From Escherichia phage EO1: a DNA stretch of 64,000 bases. Positions 9,298 through 18,580 of this stretch are shown here, one piece after another. The notes under the pieces are model-generated. The model was not told the origin of the DNA. It saw only the letters and a program-made list of their open reading frames with translations, and made no database searches. Within the stretch, counting starts at the first letter, position 1. The number at the start of each line of letters is the position of its first letter. Location: the sequence record OQ223305.1, one strand, 5' to 3'. A program made the position numbers and the translations under genes.

Positions 9298-9558
9298 ATG
9301 ATTAACATCAATTCAAAATATTTAAATCGTCTAATAGATGGTATAAGGAAGCATACTAATAAGCAAGATAATCTCGATGTTATGGTAACAGGAGCTGAGC
9401 TCCTTCATAAGCTTTATCTTATAAGTGATACTATATTAGCAATTAAACGAATTGAAAAACAATCATATCACAGTAATACAGATACGGTAATTACACTAGA
9501 TGAAAGTGTCTGTAAATTACTAATTAAATTTGAGGAAGCTATTCGTGGAAATAACTAA
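9298..9558 (+). CDS. hypothetical protein, 86 aa
   Basis: ORF in track; possible member of small tandem family. Confidence 0.45.
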   Translation: MININSKYLNRLIDGIRKHTNKQDNLDVMVTGAELLHKLYLISDTILAIKRIEKQSYHSNTDTVITLDESVCKLLIKFEEAIRGNN

Positions 9559-9790
9559 AGATCAGTTTTATCTGCTTCAAGATAAAGTGAGCGAAATTTA
9601 TGAAATAGCTTATAGTAAAAATCGTAGAAATGTAAAAATTGAATCTAGTAAGTTGAGGCTTCAATTAGAAGAAATTGAACGAGATTTAATTGCGTTAGAA
9701 TTCTTTTGTGGTGAAGTGAAAACTGTTACAATCAGTGATTATGTTTTAGGCGAAATTAGCCATCTTTATAAGGCGATTATTAATGATTGA
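9545..9790 (+). CDS. hypothetical protein, ~81 aa, probable GTG start
   Basis: frame has no ATG; GAGGA 7 nt upstream of GTG 9545; paralogous to next ORF. Confidence 0.4.
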   Translation: MEITKDQFYLLQDKVSEIYEIAYSKNRRNVKIESSKLRLQLEEIERDLIALEFFCGEVKTVTISDYVLGEISHLYKAIIND

Positions 9791-10025
9791 ATTAAGTTGG
9801 TATCAGTTTAAATCTCTTATGGCAAATGTTAAAGCTGTCATTGAAGAAAATCCGGGTCCTGAAAATATTACTATTCGCGAAAAAGCTTCAAAGATAGTAT
9901 ACAGTCTTGAAGAGATACAAAAAGACATTGAATCTATGGCAAAATTTATTGATGAGCCTATTAATAAAGTTTATATTCAAGACTATACTGTAGGTCAAAT
10001 TCGCGATTTAGCAAGGAAAATTTAA
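9783..10025 (+). CDS. hypothetical protein, 80 aa
   Basis: ORF in track; C-terminal IQDYTVGQIRDL resembles ISDYVLGEISHL of upstream ORF. Confidence 0.5.
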   Translation: MIELSWYQFKSLMANVKAVIEENPGPENITIREKASKIVYSLEEIQKDIESMAKFIDEPINKVYIQDYTVGQIRDLARKI

Positions 10026-10709
10026 TGTTTGATTTTATTATAGATTTTGAAACAATGGGAAGCGGCGAAAAGGCAGCTGTTATTGATTTAGCTGTAATTG
10101 CTTTTGACCCTAATCCAGAAGTCGTTGAAACATTCGATGAATTAGTTTCACGTGGCATTAAAATCAAATTTGATTTAAAAAGCCAAAAAGGACATCGTCT
10201 TTTTACTAAAAGCACTATCGAATGGTGGAAGAATCAATCCCCTGAAGCTCGAAAAAAATATTGCACCGTCAGATGAAGATGTAAGCACTATTGATGGTAT
10301 TGCAAAATTCAATGATTACATCAATGCGCATAATATAGATCCTTGGAAATCTCAGGGTTGGTGCCGTGGAATGTCGTTTGATTTTCCAATTTTAGTCGAT
10401 CTCATTCGTGATATTCAACGTTTTAATGGCGTTTCTGAGAATGAACTTGACACATTTAAGTTAGAACCATGTAAATTCTGGAATCAGCGTGATATTCGTA
10501 CCAGAATTGAAGCACTTCTGCTCGTTCGTGATATGACCACATGTCCTCTTCCAAAGGGAACTTTAGATGGATTTGTTGCACATGATTCTATTCATGACTG
10601 TGCGAAAGATATTCTGATGATGAAGTATGCTTTGCGATATGCTATGGGTCTTGAAGATCCTCCGTCAGAGGAAGAGTGCGATCCTCTATCTCTTCCAACA
10701 AAACGATAA
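10025..10709 (+). pseudogene. dexA: exonuclease A (dexA), DnaQ-like 3'-5' exonuclease, disrupted by +1 frameshift
   Basis: Exo I motif FDFIIDFETMG in ORF 10025-10276, Exo III motif HDSIHD in ORF 10371-10709; frames join across A7 run 10252-10258; one fewer A gives 227 codons. Confidence 0.8.
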
Positions 10710-10715
10710 AAAGTT

Positions 10716-10745
10716 GTTTACTTCCTCGGTTAGTTGTGGTATTAT
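10716..10745 (+). promoter_or_regulatory. T4-type early promoter
   Basis: GTTTAC 10716-10721, 18-bp spacer, TATTAT 10740-10745; imperfect inverted repeat flanks the -10. Confidence 0.55.
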
Positions 10746-10772
10746 AACACCATAGCTACTGAGGATAATAAA

Positions 10773-11273
10773 ATGAAAATTTATCGTGTTGAATCATCGT
10801 TTAGTATTCTTGATTATGAAGATGCTATAACAATACGTCGAAATCTTTGTGTTCAAATAACGCCGTACAGGAGTATAATAGATTCATGGAGCGAAGAGTG
10901 GCTATTACACGTAGGTTATGACAGACCTAATTTTATGCATCATAGCGATAATAATAAAAGAATTCCTTTACCACACGAAGATAAACTATTAGTTAAAAAC
11001 GCTAATATAGTAATTAATACTAAGTTCAAGAAAGATTATGTTGGAGTAGAATATCATATTCCAGGATGGTTTATAGCTCTTTATCATTTTGCTTTCGCTA
11101 GTGAGTATGATATGATGAGATGGTTCACACGAGAAGAGCGGGAAGAATTATCTTCTAAAGGATTTTATCTCGCTGTATACGAAGTTCCTGAAGATGAAGT
11201 TATCATTGGTGGGCACCAAGTAATGTTCCGCAAATCGCATGCTGAACTCGTAGATTTTATTGAAATGAGATAA
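10773..11273 (+). CDS. hypothetical protein, 166 aa (dexA-39 accessory cluster)
   Basis: ORF in track; ATG 10773 with GAGGA RBS; track start 10734 is TTG. Confidence 0.55.
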   Translation: MKIYRVESSFSILDYEDAITIRRNLCVQITPYRSIIDSWSEEWLLHVGYDRPNFMHHSDNNKRIPLPHEDKLLVKNANIVINTKFKKDYVGVEYHIPGWFIALYHFAFASEYDMMRWFTREEREELSSKGFYLAVYEVPEDEVIIGGHQVMFRKSHAELVDFIEMR

Positions 11274-11393
11274 TTATGAAATTTAATTATAATCCTGAAT
11301 ACACACCAAATCCGGTAGCTAAACTGATTGATTTTGATGTTGTAAAGCACTTATGTATGCCCTGTTAAACCACTGGAAATTAAGGAACCTACT

Positions 11394-11816
11394 ATGACTA
11401 CCGCCATTGAAATCGGCAAAACCTACAAACTGGTTGAAACTGAAATTAAAACTACTGAACTAAATTTGGGTTATAAAGCATTGACTAATGCTTTTGGTGA
11501 AGGCGAGTTTGTGGTTAAAAGCTTTTCAAAAAGTAACTGGTATGATAAGAATAAAGCTTACGTGATTCGAGTACGCCGTTTAGATAATGATGAAGTAATT
11601 AAAACTATAGTTTTTGAAGCAGAGTTCATCCTCTTTCAAGAATGCGATCCTACTGACCTTCTAACTCATGCGGTAGCTATCAAGACCCCATTTATTTCGG
11701 TTTGTGGTTGGGTAACAGACCAATGGATTGAAGATGGTGTTGAACTTCTGAACGTTGTTCATGCAGGTGATTTTAGCGTAGTACCTCGTAGTGCAGTGGT
11801 AGCTATTTTGAATTAA
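11394..11816 (+). CDS. hypothetical protein, 140 aa
   Basis: ORF in track; C-terminal GWVTDQWIEDGVELLNVV shared with next ORF. Confidence 0.55.
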   Translation: MTTAIEIGKTYKLVETEIKTTELNLGYKALTNAFGEGEFVVKSFSKSNWYDKNKAYVIRVRRLDNDEVIKTIVFEAEFILFQECDPTDLLTHAVAIKTPFISVCGWVTDQWIEDGVELLNVVHAGDFSVVPRSAVVAILN

Positions 11817-11818
11817 TA

Positions 11819-11848
11819 GTTTACAAACTCTTGGGACCAGAGTATAAT
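11819..11848 (+). promoter_or_regulatory. T4-type early promoter
   Basis: GTTTAC 11819-11824, 18-bp spacer, TATAAT 11843-11848. Confidence 0.65.
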
Positions 11849-11892
11849 GGTCCTGTGGAGTATAAAATCTTTTTAACAAGTGAGAGATAACT

Positions 11893-12390
11893 ATGATTAT
11901 TAATATTGGTGAAATTGCTCGTGTATCTGATAAATCCCGTTCTAAAGCAGCAGGAAAATTGGTCGAAATTGTAAGCATTCAGCTTAAACACGGCGTTAAA
12001 GATGAAGATTCTGAAGTAAAAGTGCGTATCATTCCTAAAGATGGAAAGTCTAAACCTCAGTTTGGTTATGTTCGATGGAAATTTCTTGAGCCTGCGTTTT
12101 TGAAAGCTGTTCCCGCTAAAGGAATTGAAACGATTGATACTTCGCATGTAGGTGTAGACTTTAAGTGGAAACTCGGTCAGGCTATTAAGTTCGTTGCTCC
12201 TTATGAATTCGAATTTACTGAAGATGAGGAAGGGGTTGTTCAAAAACACCGTACTCGCGCTATGTGTGCATACATTACTGATCAATGGGTAGAAGACGGT
12301 GTTAAGCTGTACAACGCGGTATTTTTAGGAACATACAAAGTCATTCCTGAAAGTTGGATTAAACACTACAGCAAAGCTCGCTGTGCATAA
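11893..12390 (+). CDS. hypothetical protein, 165 aa, paralog of 11394-11816
   Basis: ORF in track; C-terminal AYITDQWVEDGVKLYNAV. Confidence 0.55.
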   Translation: MIINIGEIARVSDKSRSKAAGKLVEIVSIQLKHGVKDEDSEVKVRIIPKDGKSKPQFGYVRWKFLEPAFLKAVPAKGIETIDTSHVGVDFKWKLGQAIKFVAPYEFEFTEDEEGVVQKHRTRAMCAYITDQWVEDGVKLYNAVFLGTYKVIPESWIKHYSKARCA

Positions 12391-12423
12391 AGTTTAAATT
12401 TTTTTTTTTCATAAAACTATATA

Positions 12424-12470
12424 CATCAGTAGTTGATTATGGTACTATATCAATATCAACTACTGATACA
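12424..12470 (+). promoter_or_regulatory. early promoter -10 element inside a 13-bp inverted repeat (promoter/stem-loop cassette)
   Basis: ATCAGTAGTTGAT (12425-12437) and ATCAACTACTGAT (12455-12467) flank GGTACTATAT; same leader recurs at 20419 and 23828. Confidence 0.5.
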
Positions 12471-12491
12471 GAAAATAACTTGGAGAATAAA

Positions 12492-12761
12492 ATGGAAAAT
12501 TTAATTATCATCGAGCAATCTTTCAATGATTATGGTATGGCTTACGGTTATCGTGCGATAATGGAAGATTCTCGTGGATGTGTTATCGATATTGCTGAAT
12601 GTAAAGATTTACTGCAGCTTTTGAAGATTGTTCGCAAAAATTGGGATTGTGAAAACATTAAAGCTCGTGTTGTAACGGAAGAAGAAACTGTTTTTCATGA
12701 TGTAAAATTCGCCAAAGGTGCTGCTACTCTTCTGAAACGCATTGCTCCACTGTTCAATTAA
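12492..12761 (+). CDS. hypothetical protein, 89 aa
   Basis: ORF in track; ATG 12492 with GGAG RBS (track start 12480 is TTG). Confidence 0.5.
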   Translation: MENLIIIEQSFNDYGMAYGYRAIMEDSRGCVIDIAECKDLLQLLKIVRKNWDCENIKARVVTEEETVFHDVKFAKGAATLLKRIAPLFN

Positions 12762-12774
12762 TGAGGAAATTGTA

Positions 12775-12990
12775 ATGAAACGTAAAATTGTTCAGAATTG
12801 CACTAATGACGAATTTGAAGATGTATTATTCGATCCAGATTTGGTAGTAGTTCAAAAGGAACACACCATCAAGTTTACTCACTTGACTTCGGTTTATGTG
12901 TATGAAAAGGTTGGTGATAAACAACCAATTTACGGTGTATTTCGTGAAATTACTGAAGATGGCACAACTTACTGGAAGGAAATTTATTAA
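12775..12990 (+). CDS. hypothetical protein, 71 aa
   Basis: ORF in track; ATG 12775 with GAGGAAA RBS. Confidence 0.45.
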   Translation: MKRKIVQNCTNDEFEDVLFDPDLVVVQKEHTIKFTHLTSVYVYEKVGDKQPIYGVFREITEDGTTYWKEIY

Positions 12991-13415
12991 TGGCTATTAA
13001 ATTTGAAGTTAATAAATGGTATCAATTTAAAAATAAACAAGCTCAAGAAAATTTTATTAAAGACCATACTGATAACGGAATCTATGCACGCCGTTTAGGT
13101 ATGCATCCTTTTAAAATTTTAGATGTTGACCATCTTGGTCGTCCTACTAAAATTGTGACATCTACTGGCACAGTTGGATATGCAACACATGGTGATATCC
13201 TTGACGAAAACTTTATCTGGCTTTCTACTACCGAAGCTGGGTTCTTTGATGAAGTGGAAAATCCATACCAGGCAGCTGAAGAGCAAGAGCAGGAAGAGAA
13301 AGAGCAAGAACAAATAGAAGATTTCACAGAATTCCCGGTCATGAAAGTTACTATTGAAAATAATGAACAGGCATGGTCTTTGTATCAGATGTTGAAAGCA
13401 CACTTTAAGGAATAA
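12990..13415 (+). CDS. hypothetical protein, 141 aa with acidic [11 protein letters not shown] stretch
   Basis: ORF in track; ATGA-type overlap. Confidence 0.55.
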   Translation: MAIKFEVNKWYQFKNKQAQENFIKDHTDNGIYARRLGMHPFKILDVDHLGRPTKIVTSTGTVGYATHGDILDENFIWLSTTEAGFFDEVENPYQAAEEQEQEEKEQEQIEDFTEFPVMKVTIENNEQAWSLYQMLKAHFKE

Positions 13416-13417
13416 TT

Positions 13418-13594
13418 ATGCCAATGTATGATTATAAATGCCAATCCGAAGATTGCGGGCATGAATATGAAAAAATTAAAAAGATTTCTGAACGAGAAAA
13501 TGATGTTTGCCCTAAATGTCATCGTTTGTCTACTCGTCGGCCTTCTGCTCCTAAGCATGTGAATGGCGGTTTTTACGATTTACTTAAAGGGTGA
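13418..13594 (+). CDS. small zinc-ribbon protein, 58 aa
   Basis: hand-translated MPMYDYKCQSEDCGHEYE...DVCPKCHRL; two Cys pairs; below track cutoff. Confidence 0.45.
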   Translation: MPMYDYKCQSEDCGHEYEKIKKISERENDVCPKCHRLSTRRPSAPKHVNGGFYDLLKG

Positions 13595-13596
13595 TT

Positions 13597-13971
13597 ATGT
13601 TTAAAATCGGTAAGAAATATCGTGTTCGCGAAGGTGAAGAAAAGAAATATCTACTTTCTGCTAGTAATAGGAATGGTTCTATTAATGCCGTAATATCTAC
13701 AAGCGAATTTATCGTTGAAGATATGAAAGGTCATAATGTTACAATGATTAGTACAGCAACTAGCAGAAATGCTGGAAAAATTCTTCACAGTCTGCGGAGT
13801 GAAGTTCTAATTTATGATGAAGAATTTGACTTCTTCGAAGAAGTCACTGAAGATTTTGATTTTGAATGCACTATCACTATGAAATCTGGCGACCCTCTTT
13901 CTTTTACAGTTAAAGATGAAAGAAGTCGCTTGAGAATTATTAGTCTTCTTCAAGCCATTAAATTTGAGTGA
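13597..13971 (+). CDS. hypothetical protein, 124 aa
   Basis: ORF in track; ATG 13597 (track start 13591 is GTG). Confidence 0.5.
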   Translation: MFKIGKKYRVREGEEKKYLLSASNRNGSINAVISTSEFIVEDMKGHNVTMISTATSRNAGKILHSLRSEVLIYDEEFDFFEEVTEDFDFECTITMKSGDPLSFTVKDERSRLRIISLLQAIKFE

Positions 13972-13975
13972 AATT

Positions 13976-14236
13976 ATGAAATATATTAATCGTTCTATCG
14001 CAGCATTAGTATTAGCAGTGTCTTTAGCAGGATGTACTGATGCTGATAATGCAACCAAAATTTTGTCATCAAGCGGTTTTACTAATATTGAAATCACTGG
14101 ATACAATTGGTTCGGTTGCTCTGAAAATGATTTCCAACATACTGGATTTCGTGCTATTGGACCTACTGGGCAGAAAGTAGAAGGAACAGTATGTTCTGGG
14201 TTGTTCTTTAAGGATTCAACTATTCGTTTTAAATAA
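13976..14236 (+). CDS. predicted lipoprotein, 86 aa
   Basis: signal peptide with lipobox: MKYINRSIAALVLAVSLAGC-TDADN. Confidence 0.5.
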   Translation: MKYINRSIAALVLAVSLAGCTDADNATKILSSSGFTNIEITGYNWFGCSENDFQHTGFRAIGPTGQKVEGTVCSGLFFKDSTIRFK

Positions 14237-14258
14237 AAGGCCTTCGGGCCTTTAGCTT
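14236..14258 (+). terminator. rho-independent terminator
   Basis: hairpin AAAGGCC-TTCG-GGCCTTT; identical 18-mer at 62558. Confidence 0.65.
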
Positions 14259-14305
14259 TATGATTACCGGAGTATAATATTCCCGAAACCAAACGAGGAT
14301 AAGTG

Positions 14306-16123
14306 ATGATTAAGAATGAAATTAAAATTCTGAGCGATATTGAACATATCAAAAAGCGTAGTGGCATGTACATTGGCTCTTCTGCTAATGAAATGCATGA
14401 GCGCTTTCTGTTTGGTAAATGGGAAAGTGTTCAGTATGTACCTGGTCTTGTTAAGCTTATTGATGAAATTATCGATAACTCAGTCGATGAAGGTATTCGT
14501 ACTAAGTTTAAATTCGCGAATAAAATTAATGTTACCATTAAAAATAATCAGGTAACAGTTGAAGATAACGGTCGTGGTATTCCACAAGCGATGGTTAAAA
14601 CACCTACCGGTGAAGAAATTCCTGGTCCAGTTGCTGCTTGGACTATTCCAAAAGCGGGTGGTAACTTTGGTGATGATAAAGAACGTGTCACCGGTGGTAT
14701 GAATGGTGTTGGTTCTAGTTTAACTAACATTTTTTCTGTGATGTTTGTCGGTGAAACTGGCGATGGTCAAAATAATATTGTAGTTCGTTGTTCAAATGGT
14801 ATGGAAAATAAATCCTGGGAAACTATTCCTGGAAAATGGAAAGGAACTCGTGTTACTTTCATTCCTGATTTTATGTCATTTGAAACTAATGAGCTGTCCC
14901 AGGTTTATCTTGACATTACACTGGATCGTCTCCAGACACTTGCTGTCGTTTATCCTGATATTCAATTTACCTTTAATGGTAAAAAGGTTCAGGGCAATTT
15001 TAAGAAATATGCACGACAGTATGATGAACATGCTATCGTTCAAGAACAAGAAAATTGTTCTATTGCGGTTGGTCGTTCACCGGATGGATTTCGTCAATTA
15101 ACTTACGTGAATAACATTCACACTAAGAATGGTGGTCATCACATTGATTGTGTTATGGATGATATTTGTGAAGACCTTATTCCACAAATCAAACGTAAAT
15201 TCAAAATTGATGTAACTAAAGCACGCGTTAAAGAATGTTTGACTATCGTTATGTTTGTTCGTGATATGAAAAACATGCGATTTGATTCTCAAACTAAAGA
15301 GCGTTTGACTTCTCCATTTGGCGAAATTCGTAGTCATATTCAACTTGATGCTAAAAAGATTTCACGCGCTATTCTAAATAATGAAGCAATTTTAATGCCG
15401 ATTATTGAAGCTGCGTTGGCTCGTAAATTGGCGGCAGAAAAAGCAGCAGAAACTAAAGCAGCTAAAAAGGCTTCTAAAGCTAAGGTTCATAAACATATCA
15501 AAGCGAATCTCTGTGGTAAAGATGCTGACACTACTCTTTTCTTGACTGAGGGTGATTCTGCTATCGGATATCTTATTGATGTTCGTGATAAAGAACTTCA
15601 TGGTGGTTATCCATTGCGTGGTAAAGTTCTCAACAGTTGGGGTATGTCATATGCTGATATGCTTAAAAACAAAGAACTATTTGATATTTGCGCAATCACT
15701 GGATTAGTTCTTGGTGAAAAAGCTGAAAACTTGAATTATCATAATATTGCTATTATGACCGATGCTGACCATGATGGTTTAGGAAGCATTTATCCTTCTC
15801 TGCTCGGATTTTTTAGTAATTGGCCAGAATTGTTTGAGCAAGGACGAATTCGCTTTGTCAAAACTCCTGTAATCATCGCTCAGGTCGGTAAAAAACAAGA
15901 ATGGTTTTATACAGTCGCTGAATATGAGAGTGCTAAAGATGCTCTACCTAAACATAGCATCCGTTATATTAAAGGACTTGGCTCTTTGGAAAAATCTGAA
16001 TATCGTGAGATGATTCAAAATCCAGTATATGATGTTGTTAAACTTCCTGAGAACTGGAAAGAGCTTTTTGAAATGCTCATGGGAGATAATGCTGACCTTC
16101 GTAAAGAATGGATGAGCCAGTAG
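14306..16123 (+). CDS. 39: DNA topoisomerase II large (ATPase) subunit gp39, unsplit (39+60 equivalent)
   Basis: 605 aa; GHKL motifs IDNSVDEG, EDNGRGIP; TOPRIM LTEGDSA, DADHDG; single continuous frame. Confidence 0.9.
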   Translation: MIKNEIKILSDIEHIKKRSGMYIGSSANEMHERFLFGKWESVQYVPGLVKLIDEIIDNSVDEGIRTKFKFANKINVTIKNNQVTVEDNGRGIPQAMVKTPTGEEIPGPVAAWTIPKAGGNFGDDKERVTGGMNGVGSSLTNIFSVMFVGETGDGQNNIVVRCSNGMENKSWETIPGKWKGTRVTFIPDFMSFETNELSQVYLDITLDRLQTLAVVYPDIQFTFNGKKVQGNFKKYARQYDEHAIVQEQENCSIAVGRSPDGFRQLTYVNNIHTKNGGHHIDCVMDDICEDLIPQIKRKFKIDVTKARVKECLTIVMFVRDMKNMRFDSQTKERLTSPFGEIRSHIQLDAKKISRAILNNEAILMPIIEAALARKLAAEKAAETKAAKKASKAKVHKHIKANLCGKDADTTLFLTEGDSAIGYLIDVRDKELHGGYPLRGKVLNSWGMSYADMLKNKELFDICAITGLVLGEKAENLNYHNIAIMTDADHDGLGSIYPSLLGFFSNWPELFEQGRIRFVKTPVIIAQVGKKQEWFYTVAEYESAKDALPKHSIRYIKGLGSLEKSEYREMIQNPVYDVVKLPENWKELFEMLMGDNADLRKEWMSQ

Positions 16124-16152
16124 TTTACTTTACCACAAGGATGTGGTATAAT
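16123..16152 (+). promoter_or_regulatory. T4-type early promoter
   Basis: GTTTAC 16123-16128, 18-bp spacer, TATAAT 16147-16152. Confidence 0.65.
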
Positions 16153-16177
16153 TAATTGGGCAAATGAGGATATTGAA

Positions 16178-16381
16178 ATGAAATCATATAGAGTAAATTT
16201 AGAACTTTTTGATAAAGCAGTTCATCGAGAATATAGAATCATTCAACGCTTTTTCGATATGGGAGAAGCCGAAGAATTTAAAAACCGCTTTAAAGATATT
16301 AGAGATAAAATTCAATCCGACACCGCAACTAAAGATGAACTACTAGAAGTTGCTGAAGTTATTAAGCGTAATATGAATTAA
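16178..16381 (+). CDS. hypothetical protein, 67 aa (rIIA.1 position)
   Basis: ORF in track immediately upstream of rIIA. Confidence 0.55.
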   Translation: MKSYRVNLELFDKAVHREYRIIQRFFDMGEAEEFKNRFKDIRDKIQSDTATKDELLEVAEVIKRNMN

Positions 16382-16391
16382 TGAGGAAATT

Positions 16392-18569
16392 ATGATTATC
16401 ACCACTGAAAAAGAAACAATTCTTGGTAATGGTTCTAAATCAAAAGCATTTAGCATCACAGCATCTCCTAAAGTATTTAAAATTCTGTCATCTGATTTGT
16501 ATACAAACAAAATTCGCGCAGTAGTCCGTGAATTGATTACCAACATGATTGATGCTCATGCACTTAATGGAAATCCTGAAAAATTTATCATACAAGTTCC
16601 TGGACGTTTAGATCCACGATTTGTTTGCCGAGATTTTGGTCCGGGTATGAGTGATTTTGATATTCAAGGTGATGATAATTCTCCTGGGTTGTATAATTCA
16701 TACTTCAGTTCATCTAAGGCTGAATCTAACGATTTCATTGGCGGATTTGGTTTAGGTTCTAAATCTCCGTTTAGTTATACTGATACGTTTAGTATTACTT
16801 CGTATCATAAAGGTGAAATTCGTGGTTATGTAGCTTACATGGATGGTGATGGTCCACAGATTAAACCTACATTCGTAAAAGAAATGGGTCCAGATGATAA
16901 AACTGGTATTGAAATCGTAGTTCCAGTTGAAGAAAAAGACTTTAGAAACTTTGCTTATGAAGTTTCTTATATCATGCGACCGTTCAAAGATTTGGCTATC
17001 ATTAATGGTCTTGACCGCGAAATTGATTATTTTCCGGATTTTGATGACTATTACGGTGTAAATCCAGAAAGATACTGGCCAGATCGCGGTGGATTATATG
17101 CTATCTATGGCGGTATTGTTTATCCTATCGATGGTGTTATTAGAGACCGTAACTGGCTAAGCATTCGCAATGAAGTGAATTACATTAAGTTTCCAATGGG
17201 TTCACTTGATATTGCTCCATCACGTGAAGCTCTTTCATTGGATGATCGCACTCGTAAAAATATTATTGAACGAGTTAAAGAGCTTAGTGAGAAAGCATTT
17301 AATGAAGATGTAAAACGATTTAAAGAATCTACATCTCCCCGTCACACATATCGTGAATTGATGAAGATGGGGTATTCTGCTCGAGATTATATGATTAGTA
17401 ATTCAGTCAAATTCACGACTAAAAATCTGTCATATAAAAAGATGCAGAGTATGTTTGAACCTGACAGTAAGTTATGTAATGCAGGCGTGGTGTATGAAGT
17501 AAATCTTGACCCTCGACTGAAGCGCATTAAGCAAAGTCATGAAACATCAGCCGTTGCGTCAAGTTATCGTCTGTTTGGTATTAATACAACAAAAATTAAT
17601 ATCGTTATTGATAATATTAAAAATCGTGTTAATATTGTCCGTGGATTAGCACATGCGTTAGATGATAGTGAATTTAATAACACTTTAAATATTCATCACA
17701 ATGAGCGTCTTCTGTTTATTAATCCGGAAGTAGAATCGCAGATTGATTTACTACCTGATATTATGGCAATGTTTGAAAGTGATGAAGTTAACATTCATTA
17801 TTTGTCAGAAATTGAAGCTTTAGTAAAAAGTTATATTCCAAAGGTAGTTAAAAGTAAAGCTCCTCGTCCTAAAGCTGCTACAGCATTTAAGTTTGAAATT
17901 AAAGACGGGCGCTGGGAAAAAGAGGAATTATTTACGCTCACATCAGAAGCAGATGAAATTACTGGTTATGTAGCGTATATGCATCGTTCTGATATTTTCT
18001 CTATGGATGGTACTACATCACTTTGTCATCCATCTATGAATATTTTGATTCGTATGGCTAATCTTATTGGCATTAATGAATTTTATGTTATTCGTCCGCT
18101 TTTACAGAAAAAGGTAAAAGAACTCGGTCAGTGCCAATGTATTTTTGAAGCTTTACGTGATTTATATGTAGATGCTTTTGATGATGTAGATTATGATAAG
18201 TACGTAGGTTATTCAAGTTCAGCTCAACGATATATTGATAAAATTATCAAGTATCCTGAACTAGATTTTATGATGAAGTACTTCAGTACAGATGAAGTTT
18301 CTGAAGAATATACACGACTCGCTAATATAGTTAGTTCATTGCGTGGTGTATATTTTAATGGTGGAAAAGATACCATCGGTCATGACATCTGGACAGTAAC
18401 TAATCTTTTTGATGTATTATCAAATAATGCTTCAAAAAACAGTGATAAAATGGTTGCTGAGTTTACCAAGAAATTCCGTATTGTTTCCGACTTCATCGGA
18501 TATCGCAACTCTTTAAGTGATGATGAAGTTTCCCAAATCGCTAAAACTATGAAGGCCCTTGCGGCCTAA
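16392..18569 (+). CDS. rIIA: rIIA protein
   Basis: 725 aa; N-terminus [37 protein letters not shown] recognised as T4 rIIA. Confidence 0.92.
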   Translation: MIITTEKETILGNGSKSKAFSITASPKVFKILSSDLYTNKIRAVVRELITNMIDAHALNGNPEKFIIQVPGRLDPRFVCRDFGPGMSDFDIQGDDNSPGLYNSYFSSSKAESNDFIGGFGLGSKSPFSYTDTFSITSYHKGEIRGYVAYMDGDGPQIKPTFVKEMGPDDKTGIEIVVPVEEKDFRNFAYEVSYIMRPFKDLAIINGLDREIDYFPDFDDYYGVNPERYWPDRGGLYAIYGGIVYPIDGVIRDRNWLSIRNEVNYIKFPMGSLDIAPSREALSLDDRTRKNIIERVKELSEKAFNEDVKRFKESTSPRHTYRELMKMGYSARDYMISNSVKFTTKNLSYKKMQSMFEPDSKLCNAGVVYEVNLDPRLKRIKQSHETSAVASSYRLFGINTTKINIVIDNIKNRVNIVRGLAHALDDSEFNNTLNIHHNERLLFINPEVESQIDLLPDIMAMFESDEVNIHYLSEIEALVKSYIPKVVKSKAPRPKAATAFKFEIKDGRWEKEELFTLTSEADEITGYVAYMHRSDIFSMDGTTSLCHPSMNILIRMANLIGINEFYVIRPLLQKKVKELGQCQCIFEALRDLYVDAFDDVDYDKYVGYSSSAQRYIDKIIKYPELDFMMKYFSTDEVSEEYTRLANIVSSLRGVYFNGGKDTIGHDIWTVTNLFDVLSNNASKNSDKMVAEFTKKFRIVSDFIGYRNSLSDDEVSQIAKTMKALAA

Positions 18570-18580
18570 TAAGGAAAATT

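Noticed and set aside
14306-16381. Gene 60 translational bypass (50-nt hop)
   Set aside because: The topoisomerase subunit is one uninterrupted ORF and no gene 60-like segment exists downstream.
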